The translations under genes were made by a program, and so were the position numbers. This document shows positions 11,349-23,829 of a stretch of DNA of 64,000 nt, piece after piece (position 1 is the first letter of the stretch; every line of letters begins with the position of its first letter). A model generated the notes under the pieces. It searched no databases. It had not been told where the DNA came from and saw only the letters and a program-made list of their open reading frames with translations. The DNA is from Psammoneis japonica (lineage: Eukaryota), in NCBI GenBank assembly GCA_008632985.1, contig QPGO01000040.1, positions 253,719 to 317,718 on the forward strand. The letters run 5' to 3'.

Positions 11349-13441
11349 ATGAGCCCAATCCTACATTCGATTAGTGGTGTGCTAGTCTTCATTCTTTTGC
11401 AACCTCATTCTGCAGTCCAAGGAGCTGCAATGAGAGTACCAGGTGAAGCGCTACTGCAGAAGAGAAACCGTGAACTTGACAGCAAAAGCGATCAAGATCC
11501 GGTTCCACCGGTTTGTAACGAGAAGGAATCCATCCTGTTTGCAGATGATTTTAACTCGGGAACACTTTCAAGTGAATGGGTCCCAATAGTACCGCGTCAG
11601 TGGATCAAGGATGGCTGGATGCACACCAGAGGAGGTTTTGGCGGTCCCCGAGACTCTGGAGCCTTGGTTCATGATGGCGATTCGTCGTGGACGGACTACA
11701 CCGTCAGCCTTACTGCGGACTTTGTGAGGCCTGAAATCTGGAAGGACATCACCATTATTCTTCGTTCCGATGGCTTTTATCGAAGCTCCTATGGAAGTCG
11801 TGGTAACGGGTATGAAATCACCTTTGAGAACCTCTATGACGAAGAGGAAGTGCAATTCATTCGGTTTAGCCAACGCGGTCCACAAGACGAATTTTCTGCT
11901 GAAACACTGTTGCGAGTGCCGTTCCCGTCCCCCAAGAAGCCTTTTGATGTTGTCGCCTCGGTAATCGGACCGACCACCACGCTTTGGGTGAACGGCGTAT
12001 TGATCTTTCGTTTTACCGACCCCATGCCTCTTTTATATGGTGGCGTGGGAATCCACAGTACCTGGGAGGCAGAAAGCCGAATCGACAATATTGTCGTGTG
12101 CCGTCACATTACAAGTACTCCGCGTGATTTCGAAGTCAAAGTCGACATTCAACCTTACAGGAAAACCAACAGAATTAATCCAACGGAAAAGAAGCTTGCG
12201 GTTGCCATTCTTGGAAGCTCCTACTTTGACGCAAGTCTTGTGGATACAGAGTCCATACGATTCGGTCCTTCGGAAGCATTGATTGCAAAAGGCAAGACTC
12301 GGACAGAAGATGTCAATGAGGACGGTATAAACGATTTGGTCCTCATTTTCTGGCTCAAAGAAACGGGTCTGACAGTGGCAAGCACGGAAGCTTGTTTGAC
12401 AGGAGCAACGTCCAATGGCTCGAACATTCACGGTTGTGACAAGTTGAGCGGCATCCCGCCCCCGACGACGTGCGACGACAAGGACTCCATCCTTTTCGAG
12501 GATGACTTTGATTCGGGAGTGCTTTCAAGTGACTGGGTCGCCATTGAACCACGTCAGTGGATAAAAAATGGATGGTTACACACAAAGGGAGGTGTCCGTG
12601 GCCGTCCTCGAGACTCTGGACCTTGGTTCATGATGGTGATTCGTCCTGGAGGGACTACACTGTCAGTCTTACGGCTGATTTTGTGAGACCTGAACATTGG
12701 AAAGACACTACCATTATTCTTCGTTCCGACGGCTTTTATCGAAGCTCCAATGGAAGTCGTGGTAACGGGTATCAAATCACCTTTGAGAACCTCTATGATG
12801 AAGAGGAAGTGCAGTTCACTCGGTTTAGCCAACGCGGTCCACAAGCCGAGTTTGCTGCTGAAAAATTGTTGCGAATACCGTATCCGTCCCCAACAAAGCC
12901 CTTTCACGTTATCGCCTCTGCAATCGGTGATACAATCACACTTTGGGTGGATCGGACGTTGATTTTTAATTTTACAGACCCCGAACCTCTTTTATACGGC
13001 GGCGTTGGAATCCACAGCATCTGGGAGGCCGAGGCACGCATTGACAATGTCGTCGTGTGCCGGGAAACGAAACCAAGTCTTGTTGAATTGGAAATTGATA
13101 TCCAACCAAACAAGCATAACAAACGCATCCGACTTGATGGAATCGGGGAGAAAAAGAGGATTGGCGTTGCAATTCTGGGAAGCCCTGATTTTGACGCGAG
13201 TCGTCTTGTCAATGTCACCTCGGTACGCTTTGGCCCTTCAGAGGCAAAGCCGTTGAAACGCAAGAGCCGTGTAGAAGACGTCAATGGAGACGGTATAGAC
13301 GACTTGGTGGTCCGTTTCCGGTTGCGTGACACAGGACTGACGCCGAATGACACGGAAGCGTGCATTTCTGGAATGACAACCAGTGGTTCAAGCATACTAC
13401 AGGGCTGTGGCGACTTGAGGGTTTTGCTACCAAGAGAGTAA
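11349..13441 (+). CDS. Secreted protein with two tandem units of [ConA-like/DUF1080-like beta-sandwich + bacterial-type 'DIxP...VAIL...FGP...DVNxDG' domain]; one frameshift
   Basis: Signal-peptide-like N-terminus; internal duplication (about 11510-12440 vs 12470-13420). Copy 1 reads ctctggaGccttgg, copy 2 ctctggaccttgg (1-nt deletion at about 12620), which joins ORFs 11349-12686 and 12557-13441. Confidence 0.75.
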
Positions 13442-13559
13442 TAGAACTACCGTCACCTTTTCAGAGACAGATAATTTTTTCACCTTGAGATAGATTCACG
13501 TTGTTCTTCTTTGAGATTTGGAAGTGTCGCATGGATTCTCCTCATCCAAAAGACATGTT

Positions 13560-14560
13560 CATTTTCTTTTCCCCGAGCATGGGGAGAGCATCGTATCGAT
13601 TCTCCTCTTTTTTTGCACTCGGCCTGATTTCCCCCCAATCAAAGTTGAGCGAATTCAACAAATCAATTCGTTCCTGGGACAAATAATTCGGTTTGTTTTG
13701 TTGCACAAAGGTGTATTAATGTCGTTGTCGCGCCACCCATTTGCCTAAGAACTTATTCGCAGGCCAGTGCTGCGGCACGCGGGTGTGGCCGTAGGTTTCC
13801 TTGTATTCGCGTAATTCCTGAAACCGAGCGTCCCAACCGTCGCTATTGTGAACTCTCCAAACAAAGCCAATATTGTTCAATTTGTCTTCGCGTTCTTGTG
13901 TAATTGGTTTGATGTCGTTGTCGCGCCACCCACTTGCGCCCAAATACTTATTCTCGGGCCAGTTCTGTGGCACACAGGTGTGGCCGCAATACTCTAGGTT
14001 TCCTTGTATTCGCAAAATTCCTGAAACCGGGCATCCCATCCCGCTCGGCCGATGCATTTGAAATAAGGGCTTTGGTCCGTTTACCGAGCAAGCATTCGTT
14101 CCGTGGTGACACCTCGGCACTTCCTAGTAAAAGTCGCTCAATGTGAGTAACTCTTGAGCCGCTTTCCACACTCGTTCGTTTTGGCGGCGAGATTTGTTGT
14201 GCCTCGGGGGCGTAGTACGTTTCAGCGAACTCTGCGAGCAGATCAAGACCCACAGACTCTTTATCCTTCTCTGCCGATGAAGATATAGTATCAATAGCAG
14301 AGTCTGGAGCATCATCTTCATCAGACGAGAAAGGATCTAGTTCTGGGCAAAGATTCACGCTCGTCTTCGCCTCAAATCGCTCTTGCCATCGTTCTTCTTC
14401 TTGTTGTTCCTTGAGGTCCTTGAAACTCCATACAAAACCAATTTCATTCAAGACAGCGAAATTTGATCTTGTGTCAATTTGCCACGACTGTACGTTTTTC
14501 GTGGATGCTCGACCCAATCCGACAAGGCGGTGCTATATTCCATTCATTTGATTGATTCGT
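13560..14560 (-). pseudogene. Rearranged, frameshifted HA-domain paralog
   Basis: TALSDWVEHPRKTYSRGKLTQDQ / LNEIGFVWSFK...WQERFE, and KPITQEREDKLNNIGFVW...LGKWVARQR, in broken frames. Confidence 0.8.
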
Positions 14561-15557
14561 ACCTCGTATTAGCGGGATCGCAAAAGGCGCAGCCAACAAT
14601 CCATGCCGCCATGAAAGGTGTGTGCAACGATGCTTTCTCAACATCTTGTCAACGTGCAGCATCGATCGACACAATTATACGGATGGATTATATATCAAAA
14701 CGACTTGTATGGTTCAACGAATTGCGCGCAAGATGGCAATAAGGTATACCGACAACTCGAAGAAGTGGCGCAGTCGCGACAATGTAGCTTCACATGCCAA
14801 TATGAAAACAGAGAAAAGGAAGAAACAAAGGATAGGCCGACTGACTCGATGGAAGTGATCTGACGGTTTGTTGCTCTTTCACCATGTTCGTATGGAGCAG
14901 GGTCACAGGAGGAGGTGTGCCTATCAACTGTCAATATTTGGTCGCTTGATAGCGTTGTTCTCTTTCCACGTGCGATGTGGCTTTTTATATCGTCCGTCAC
15001 TTATTTGTTGAGTTTGCCGAGCCGAGAGTATGGAGTCATACAATTGTCAGACATGCGCTGGTCGAGAACATTGTACCAATCCGTGAGGCGTTTGGCACAG
15101 ATTTCATTTGGGACTCGTATCCTTGCTGTTTCGCTCTCTTCAACATAATATCGTATACGTTTTCATTCTGTTCCAACTTGACCCGCTGCTCTGAACCTGC
15201 ACGCTCTGACGCTTTGTAGTTAACGGATGCAAATAATTTTGAGTGATCGATTCCATTTCGTCAATCTTTTCAGGAGCAAAATTGCCTCCAACCTCACTTC
15301 TAGGTCTGTTCTTGGGCGCTACTTCGGTGGGGACCATGCACGTAAGAGCAACGCACCCTTTGGTAGTGGAGTCACTTTTGGAGCTTGTCCAACGGACAAT
15401 CGGCTCCGAGAAAGACATGACCGACCCCCACCTTACGCTTCTATATGGAGCATCTCATGAGACTTGTGATTTTAAACCAAGAGGTGTCTCGAATTGTATG
15501 CAACCACCTTGCATGTGAGCAAAAGACATGATTAAATAAGCCATCGTTTCAACAACT

Positions 15558-16469
15558 TTAACATGTTGAATCAGCTTCGTTTCTGTTCACAGGCTGCTCT
15601 GATTTGACAAGCATCATGGCGATTTCCTTCCACCGTGCCCAGAGCATTTCCGTATAATGCGCGGCTGCCAATCCGTACGACCCCAAGGCGTATGCGTCAT
15701 TCCATTCCACCAACGCAGTCTCTCCTGACTTTGCAAGGATACCAAAATCCAAGGCGTAAGCTGCCGTGCGGTGTTCATCGCTGGAGGCTTCCAGGTCACG
15801 AACAGCTGCTCCCACCACTCCAAGGTCCAACGTCTTTGTGGCGTCACCGTCGTAAAGTTTAATGTCCAAAATCTGTCCTCGCAGCACAAAAACTCGATAT
15901 TCCGAAACGAATTCAACCGGTTCGCTCACGTAGACTCTTGTGTCGTTCCTCCGTAACGGCAACACGTCGCGGACTGCATGGCCCCACAATAATCCGCCGT
16001 CAACGACAAGACCAGTAAAACTCTTGACATCATGTCGAGGCTTGACAAAGACACGTCGCTCGGGTTGCTTTTTCAATTCTTGTATTAATTCCAACCTCGA
16101 TGTTTCGTAAAAAGAACGATGCATGTACTTGCGCAAAGGAGGTGGATACGAATCCGTTGGCAGTATTTTTTCGTCAAGTCGTTGTTGGTGCACCCTTCTT
16201 TTGTTGGTTGCACCCGCCGTTGTTGGATCTAAAGGCACGCCCAACAATCGAAAGACAACTCGCATTGTGTCATGGTCTCCAACAACCAATGTATCGTGTG
16301 ATATAGGGAGTTGTCTCCGTTGTAATCGTTTCTGTGTAAACAGTGTTACGGGGACACCACGTTCCCTGAGGACATTCAGAACGTCGTGAAACTCATCTGG
16401 CATGTTGAGATTGCCATGATCCTGCACAAAGGCACGCGCCATTGCGATTTTGTTCTCTGTCATCATCAT
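15558..16469 (-). CDS. ATP-grasp domain protein (DUF4343 / R2K-like)
   Basis: VFVKPRHDVKSFTG, VYVSEPVEFVSEYRVFV, AYALDFG, LVEWNDAYALGSYGL, LWARW. Confidence 0.85.
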   Translation of the reverse strand: MMMTENKIAMARAFVQDHGNLNMPDEFHDVLNVLRERGVPVTLFTQKRLQRRQLPISHDTLVVGDHDTMRVVFRLLGVPLDPTTAGATNKRRVHQQRLDEKILPTDSYPPPLRKYMHRSFYETSRLELIQELKKQPERRVFVKPRHDVKSFTGLVVDGGLLWGHAVRDVLPLRRNDTRVYVSEPVEFVSEYRVFVLRGQILDIKLYDGDATKTLDLGVVGAAVRDLEASSDEHRTAAYALDFGILAKSGETALVEWNDAYALGSYGLAAAHYTEMLWARWKEIAMMLVKSEQPVNRNEADSTC

Positions 16470-16473
16470 GTTT

Positions 16474-19400
16474 TTAAAATAGAAGATTAAGGAAGCCTAT
16501 GTAGAGCGGAAGGTAACAGCAGAGGGAGGCACGGAGGTAGCTGTAGAGACGGTAGAGTAAAAGGGTCGATGGACGCAAGACGAAGGGCGTTTTGTGGAAG
16601 GTATGGGTGAGGAGGGGGCAGGGAGAGAGGAGGTGAATCGGAGGATGTGCGTAGAAAGGTGAAGAACAACGTTGTAGCCAAGAGTTTGGGTGGCCCACTG
16701 GGATGGGGTGGCTGTACGGTAGGTGCTTCCAAAGCGATCGGCGGACAGGCGACGCCATGCGGAGTCAGCAGAGGGAAGGATTGCAGACGGAGACGATAAA
16801 GCGTAGAGGAAGGCGGAGTAGGAGGCATCGGAGTGACGAAGGTCAGAGGAAGAGGACCAGGGTGGTTTGGGCTGAGAGCAGACGGAGGGGGATGTAGAAC
16901 CAAAGAGCAAGCGGTGGGCAAAGTAGCCGAGACCACCAAGGTGATCTACAGTGAAGGGGAGCAGGAAGATGCCATTGTTGTCAAGCGAAGAAACAACAAG
17001 GGATCCATCGGCAGAGGAAGCAGAGGGGCCAAGAAACTTCAATCTCGCGCTCGAGTGGTGTGCCTCAGTTAAGATAGGAGAAGAGGGGGCAGGCAGACCT
17101 GGAGGAGGGCGAGAGGAAGCTTGAGGGACGGTGATGTCCACTGCAATGTAGTGATGGCGGGAGGGAGCGGAAAGGGAGGCGGGAGGGGGGATTGAAATGC
17201 CGACATCGGCGGGACGGAGAAGCGGGCGGGCGGGGAGCAGGTTGGTGGGTTCAAGATGAACGTCATTGGGGGATCAACAGAACTCTGCAAGAGGACCCAA
17301 AGTTTGGGCTAGGATGAAAACAGTGTCACGGAGACCATTGGAAAGCTTGGACTTGTGAGCACGGCGGCAAGAAAAGGCATGATCACCACAGGCATCCAGA
17401 ATGGCATGGCCACAGGGACAGGGAGTGTTGACAAGGGACGGAGGAAGGATGGGGAGATGAAGCTTACGAAGGGCGGCAACAGTGCAGGCGTCCGAAGAAA
17501 GGCGGGAGCTTGGAAAGCGACGAGAGAAGGAATGAAGAGGGAGGCTTGTAAGCGGAGACAGCAATGAAGGGAGTGAAGATTGCACGTCGTAAGATGAGTT
17601 AGCAAGGATGGAGGTCACTGCTTGTTGCTGATGTTCATGGTAGAGACGACGGGCCAGGCCGGGGAGAGTGGCCGATTTAACCAGGGCAGCCAAGGAAGAA
17701 GAGGAAAGGGCAGAGGCGGAAGCCAGAACGGGAGCACAACGGCGGAAGAGCGCACAGAGTCGCAGGGAAGAGCGAGGGTTGGACCAGGAAGACAGGGAGA
17801 GCCGAAAGCAGCGCGGAAGGGAAACAGAAGCGCCAGATGGCAGGCTGACACCGTGCGAAGCAAAGCGGAACGAGCGGAGAAGCGACACCAAGAAGGAAGG
17901 AATGGCGGCAGCTGTTGGGTCCCGGAGACCAAACCCGCCTGAGGAGGCAGGAAGGAAGGCGATGGCAATAGAATGGTCGGGAAAAGGAGCGGCAAAGGAA
18001 GTGACGCAGTGTAGAAAGCGGCGAGCAATGGTGAGGAGGAAATCTTGAAACGGAGAGGTCCAGAGAAAGGGGTCGGGAGGATTGTCGGGGTCGAAGTTGC
18101 AGCAGAAGTCAGCTCCAAGGAGGTGAGCAGAGGATGGAACAAAACAGTGCTTGAAGAGTTGAGCCTGGGTTTGTTTGTCATGGAGACGGGTGAGAAGCAT
18201 GTCAACTTTGTTGGAGAGAGTAGAGGAAGTGTCAGAAAGGAAAGAGGTGGCGAAGTCGTGGGAGCCGAGGGGCTGTCCAAGGAAGCGAACACCAGAGGTG
18301 AGTTCGGGGTTGTGAGAGGGGTCATTGGCAGGGTTTAAGAAGGAAAGTGCAGCACGGAGAGAATCGGCGCGGGAAGGGGGAAGAGCAGGGATGGGGCTAA
18401 CACCGGCAATGGAGGTGAGGATCTTGGTTTTACGGAGGTTGAGGGAGATTCCGCAGGGGGCACCGAGGGCGGAGAAGCGTTCAAGGAACCATGGGAGTAC
18501 GGAATGGGGAAGGAAAGCGTGAGCATCGTCAATGTAGGAGCCAACTGAGACAGAGGAACGGCCAGGGATACGTTCTTGAAGCTCTTGGTTAATCGGACGA
18601 AGAACCAGAGAGAGGACTAGGCTGGCGAAGACAGGGCCGAGAGGGCATCCTTGGGCAAATCCCTCTTCTTGAAGAAAGGAGCCCCAGGAAGAATCGGGTC
18701 GGCGATGCCAACATGCATTGGAACTTTGACATAGAAGGTCAAAAAAAGGAAGCAGAGGATGGAAGGCAGGGGTGGAGGTGAGAACGTGTCGACAGGCATC
18801 TCGGGATGCTTCGTTGAACATGTTGACGAGGTCAAGAAGAAGAAGAGCCTTGGCAGAGTCGGCAGAAGAAAGATGTCGTTCAATGTTGGCAAGAGCAGAG
18901 TGAATGAGACAATCGAGGCCACCTTTGACACCAATGCCAAATTGGCCATCTGGGAGGAGGCATTCGGTAAATGCAGAACCAAAGAGAGTCATGACAACGG
19001 AGCCGGCAATGCAACGAAGAGCAGTGCCGATGCCAATGGGGCGAAGCTTGTTGAGGTCGCTGGCATCTTCATGCAGAGCGACAAAGTGGTTCGAAGCAAA
19101 TGAGGAATGGACGGAGGAAGGAATGGAGCCATGGAGCAGAAGAAGGACAAGCTCACGAAAGGATGACAAGCAGGGGCGTTGAGCAACACCTGTTGGGGTT
19201 TTGGCAGAACAGAGGGCGCAGGACTTGAAAAGGTCGGTAGAATCAGCAAAGACACTGGCAGCAGCCCCAGGCTTACATTTGGAGAGAGAGGAAAGAAGAG
19301 CATTGGAGGAGAGCTCAATGGGCTCATTATGAAGGGAGGAGGCCGAGCGAGTTGAAGGAGGGTTGGGTGGGTCGGAGGGGTGCAGGCGAGGAGGGCAGAG

Positions 19401-22400
19401 CTTGAGGATGGTGGGAAGGCGCTCAGGAGCAACGGCAGCAACAGGAAGCGCAGAGGTGAGCTTGGAGCAGGCCGAGTGAAAGTTGTCTTCGTCGGCGCAG
19501 ACTTGAGCGGAGTGGCAACAGGTGGAAGCAGAAAAGTCGGGGGAAGATGAGGAGAGGCGTGGCGCACGGGAGTGGGCTTCGTGGTGGAGTTGGCGAATGC
19601 AGCCACGGCGGAAGAGGGACAAGCGGGAGGCAATGGCAGGGCCAAACTTGGAGCGTGGCGGGACAGGAGCAAGAATGAGAGCTTCAAAGAGTAAGAGCAG
19701 CTTCCAGAAGGGAGCAGAGTCACGTTGCCACGTAGGAATGAGGTGGGAGGGGTCAGAGAGAGGCTGGGAGGCGGCTGGCACCCAGCTTGTCACATGATGA
19801 AGAGCAGAGCAGAGTTCCTTGCGGGCGGAGGACGAGAGCTTGCGGCGGCAGGAAGCTCAGAAAGGCGGAGGCTCGAGTGCAAGAGCATGGAGCCATTGTA
19901 GCGAGGGGCCCCAGTCACCCAGATTGTGGAAGGACGAGAGAACAATGTCAGTGTCAAGGGAAGAGCGAGGAGCGAAGTGCTTGTTCTGCAAGTGATTGCG
20001 AAGGTGGGTGGTAGACAGGCAGGTGTGTTGGCTGTGATTGCAATGCCTGCAGACATGCAAACCAGCGGTGTCGAAGAAGGACGTAGGTGCATGAGAAAGC
20101 GAGAGGCGGGGATGCTCCTGGCAAAGATGGCTGCGCACAGAAGTGGGAAGGGATGATGCATCAATGGAAGGAGGGGACCAGGAGCAGAAGGGGCAAGTCA
20201 GCGGGGCACGGGCTTCGGTGGGTTCCACGAGGCGATGAGATCGCGGAGGGAGTCGATGTCAGGGGCTGCAGCCCAGATGGCTTCTTCGTAGAAAGGTTGC
20301 CAGGTAGAAAGGCGGGCCGGGCAGCAAGCACCTGCGAAGGCATCAAGGACATCCAAGAGTTCCATCTTGCGCTGGGACTGCTGGGGAGAAACCGAGTCAT
20401 CAGATTCGGTCTGCATGATTGCATCGGGAGCGGTGGGGGGCGGAGAGGTCTGCAAAACTACGGCAGGAATGGCGGGGGGCAGAGAGAGAGCATCGGGAGA
20501 AGAGTGGGGATGTTTGGAGGGAGGAGGCTTGGTGGTGAGGGAGCGGGCTTGGGGAGGATGGGAGGAAGGAGATGTGGCAGCAGGGAGCGGATCTTGGGGC
20601 TTGGGGAGCTGCCAGTCTTGAGCAAGCAGCTCAAGGGCACGACATGAGAAAGAATCTCGAGAGGGAGCGGGCGGCTGAAGAGCAGCAGAGGCGTAGGATG
20701 GGGAAGTCATGCTGTCGTCATGGGCAGATTCCGCCACAGAGGCAAGGAGATCCAAGGGAAAGCCACGACAGTCATGTGGGTTGGCATCCATGAGAGCAAT
20801 TGTGCACGGAGACGGGAAAAAGAGCAGCTTGCACTTGATTGGGAGGGAGTCATGAGCAGAGAAGATGGGGATGAGGGAGCGAAGATTGGTTGCAGCAAGG
20901 AGACGACTGATGCCAGGTTGGGTGAGAGGAAGAAGAAGACGGTCAGAGATGACCACTTTCATGTTGCTCTGATGCGAAATGAGCTCGGAGAGGGCGTTGT
21001 AGGTGGAAGCAAAGTTGGCCGGGGCTGGGAAGGGAATGATGGCAGTGGAGGTCCCCAGGATGGAGAAGGAGGCAGGTGGCGCATTGGATGGATTAGTGAC
21101 ATGAAGCAGGGTGTTCCAGACGGCATCGAAGGCAGCAGAAATGTAAAAAACCGGAAGAGAGCGGCGTCGCGCCTGGGCCGAGTTAGCGGGGCATTGCGAA
21201 GGACGAATTCCAACGAGATTAAGAAAGGTGGGATGGTCTCGGAAGGATTGAAGGATGGGATTGGTCGTAGTGCTGGAGATCTTGCCAACAAGGAAGGAAC
21301 AAAGGCGGGATAGAAGAAACTCAGAAGTGCGTCGAGAAGAACCGTAGAGGGTTGGAGAGGGGCCAGCAAGGATGCCATGAGCCTTTTCTTCGAAAGAGTT
21401 GCAGGCCGGGATCACAAAGGCACAGTGCCGAGCCCAAGGATTGTCCACAGCCGAAACCGGAGAGAAGTCAGGGTGGAGAAAATTGGAAGGGGAGCCAGCG
21501 GAGCGGAAGGGGGTGAAGTGCGATGTAGGGTGCAGATGCCATTTCTGAAGGAGAAAAGAGAGCGCTTGGCTGCGGAAGGATTCGAAGGAAAAGGTGGTGC
21601 CGTCGGGGGTCACCGGGTGAAGAGTGACGTGAAAGTAGGACGCCCACTGATTCTGGTGAGGACAGGAGCACTTCTTGGTTTCGGCAAGCGTCACAGAGCC
21701 AAGAGTGAGGAGGAGCGGAGAGACGCGCCGGCTGTGATGCTCTGGCGTCTTAAGAATGATGTCACGAATGACATCAGACGTGAGAGCAATGGCAGGCACG
21801 TCAGGCAGGTCAGCAGGATGAAGGACCTGAGCTAAAAGCTCAACATCAGCAGGAGGAGTGGAGGCGAGAGCAGACATGATCAAGCAAGAAGAGAAAGTTG
21901 CAGAGAGTCGTTGTTGTGTGCGGATCGCCAAAAACAGCGACAAGGTCACAGAACGTGTAGAAAGATAGGAGGAGGGAAGGTGAGGGCATGACGTGGGCAA
22001 TCGCACGCGAATGATCGTAGAGGATGCATGGAAACACAGGGAGGAAGGCACAAGCAGAAGTGCGAAGGGAGTCATGGAAGAGAAAGGGGCAGTGGAGAGG
22101 GCCGAAGGGCAGGGGAAGCTGCAGAGGAGCACGGAAGCAATCGTGTTCGAAGGGGCGTAGAAAGGCATGTGGAACAACAGGAGAGGAGTCACAACTAAAG
22201 GCGTGAAGGGAGTCATGGGAGGAAGGGGGGCAATTGAAGGGGTTGCTGGAGGAGGAAATGGGGAAGAGGTCAGGGGGCAGAGAGGGGCCACAGGGAAAAG
22301 AAACGAACAAGGCAGAGAAGGAGAGAGGGCATGAGGAAGAGCAGAAAGGGAAATGGCAGGGGGCAGTTGTTGGGATGAAGAAAGGGAGTGAGGAAAAGTG

Positions 22401-23100
22401 AAAGGGCAATGGAATGAGCAGTTGGAAGGGCAATTGGCAATCGTGGAAACTGGGGGCCAGTGGAAGGGGCACAGAAATGCACAGGCGAAAGGAGCGAAGG
22501 GAGTGACCGAAAGGGAGTGAAGAAAGGAGACGATGGCAAAGGCAAGAACGGTGGGGAAAAGGATCCGCAAAAAGAAGGATGGCCATGGCGGAGGGTCGGG
22601 AGGCCACTTCGGGAGGTGTGGCAAAGAGCCACTGCATCCATCATGGGACGCCATTGTCACACGAATTGCTGTTGTCGTCTCGCAAGTGCAGAGAGGGGCC
22701 ACAGGGAAAAGAAACGAACAAGGCAGAGAAGGAGAGAGGGCATGAGGAAGAGCAGAAAGGGAAATGGCAGGGGGCAGTTGTTGGGATGAAGAAAGGGAGT
22801 GAGGAAAAGTGAAAGGGCAATGGAATGAGCAGTTGGAAGGGCAATTGGCAATCGTGGAAACTGGGGGCCAGCAGAAGGGGCGTAGAAATGCACAGGCGAA
22901 AGGAGCGAAGGGAGTGACTGAAAGGGAATGAAGAAAGGAGACGATGGCAAAGGCAAGAACAGCAGGGAAAAGGATCCGCAAAAAGAAGGATGGCCATGGC
23001 GGAGGGTCGGGAGGCCACTTCGGGAGGTGCAGCAAAGAGCTGCTGCATCCATCATGGGACGCCATCGTCACGCGAATTGCATTTTTGTGTCTTCCACCAT
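16474..23100 (-). mobile_element. CRE-clade-like non-LTR retrotransposon (zinc fingers, RT, CCHC finger, restriction-like endonuclease)
   Basis: ORF 17274-19793: LRPIGIG, QFGIGVKGG, LDLVNMFN, QGCPLGP, YIDD, LPASSGGFGL, CPCG..DACGDHAFSC. RLE-like DITV...LLPFTVDHLGGLG at 16497-17141. C2H2-like fingers at 19857-20228. Long upstream ORF 20198-23071. Confidence 0.85.
22278..23080. repeat. Tandem duplication, 411-bp period, in the 5' region of the CRE-like element
   Basis: agaggggccacagggaaaag at 22281 and 22692; cgaattgc ends at 22669 and 23080. Confidence 0.92.
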
Positions 23101-23159
23101 TGGTTCAGCGGTTCAGCACGGCCAACTCGGAAAGCAAGACATTTTTGCTTGACAAAGCA

Positions 23160-23360
23160 TTGACATGACGTCACAGTGAAGATGACGTCACATGAGAAAA
23201 AAAATGTCCCAGCGACGTCATCTTCAATGTCTCATCTTCAAGCGATGTCAAGCATGTCACATCGTATGATGTCACATCATACAACATGATGTGATGTGAC
23301 ATCACACAATGAAGTGTGACATGATGTGATGTGAGATGACACAGCAGATGACGACATTGC
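23160..23360. repeat. Low-complexity GATGTCACAT/GATGACGTCA repeat
   Basis: Short reiterated ATG/CAT/CAC motifs visible directly. Confidence 0.6.
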
Positions 23361-23829
23361 AAACACACCTTTCTTCTTGTGCCTTTTGGCTTTTCCTTTC
23401 ACTCGGACATTGAGAGCCTCGGGCAAAAACTCGCCAGACATGACAAACAAGGTCGCAATGAAGTCATTCCCAACCATTGAAGAGCACTCCATGCTATGAA
23501 GGAAAAGGTCACAGGAAAGAAGAAGCGCCGCGCACACCATGAAAAAGAGAGGATCTGGGACGGCTTTGTGGACTTTGGAGCTTGCCGCGTGCGTGACGTT
23601 GCATTTGTTGAGATGGACAGGACAGCCGTGCGTGATGTTGCATTCATTGAGACAGGACAAATTGAGCTTTGGTTCAGCGCTGGTTCAGCAAAAATCAATT
23701 GCCCTTTGGATGCTGGCTCAGCAAAAAATGTCTTGGCTCAGCACTTTGTCACTTGTGGTTTTTGAACTGTTGCAATTTTATTCTTTTGTTGTTGAGAGAC
23801 AATGTCAGTCATTTTGTCACCCCCCACCA

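Noticed and set aside
14860..15420. Short minus-strand ORFs between the HA remnant and the ATP-grasp gene
   Set aside because: No recognisable motif or continuous frame.
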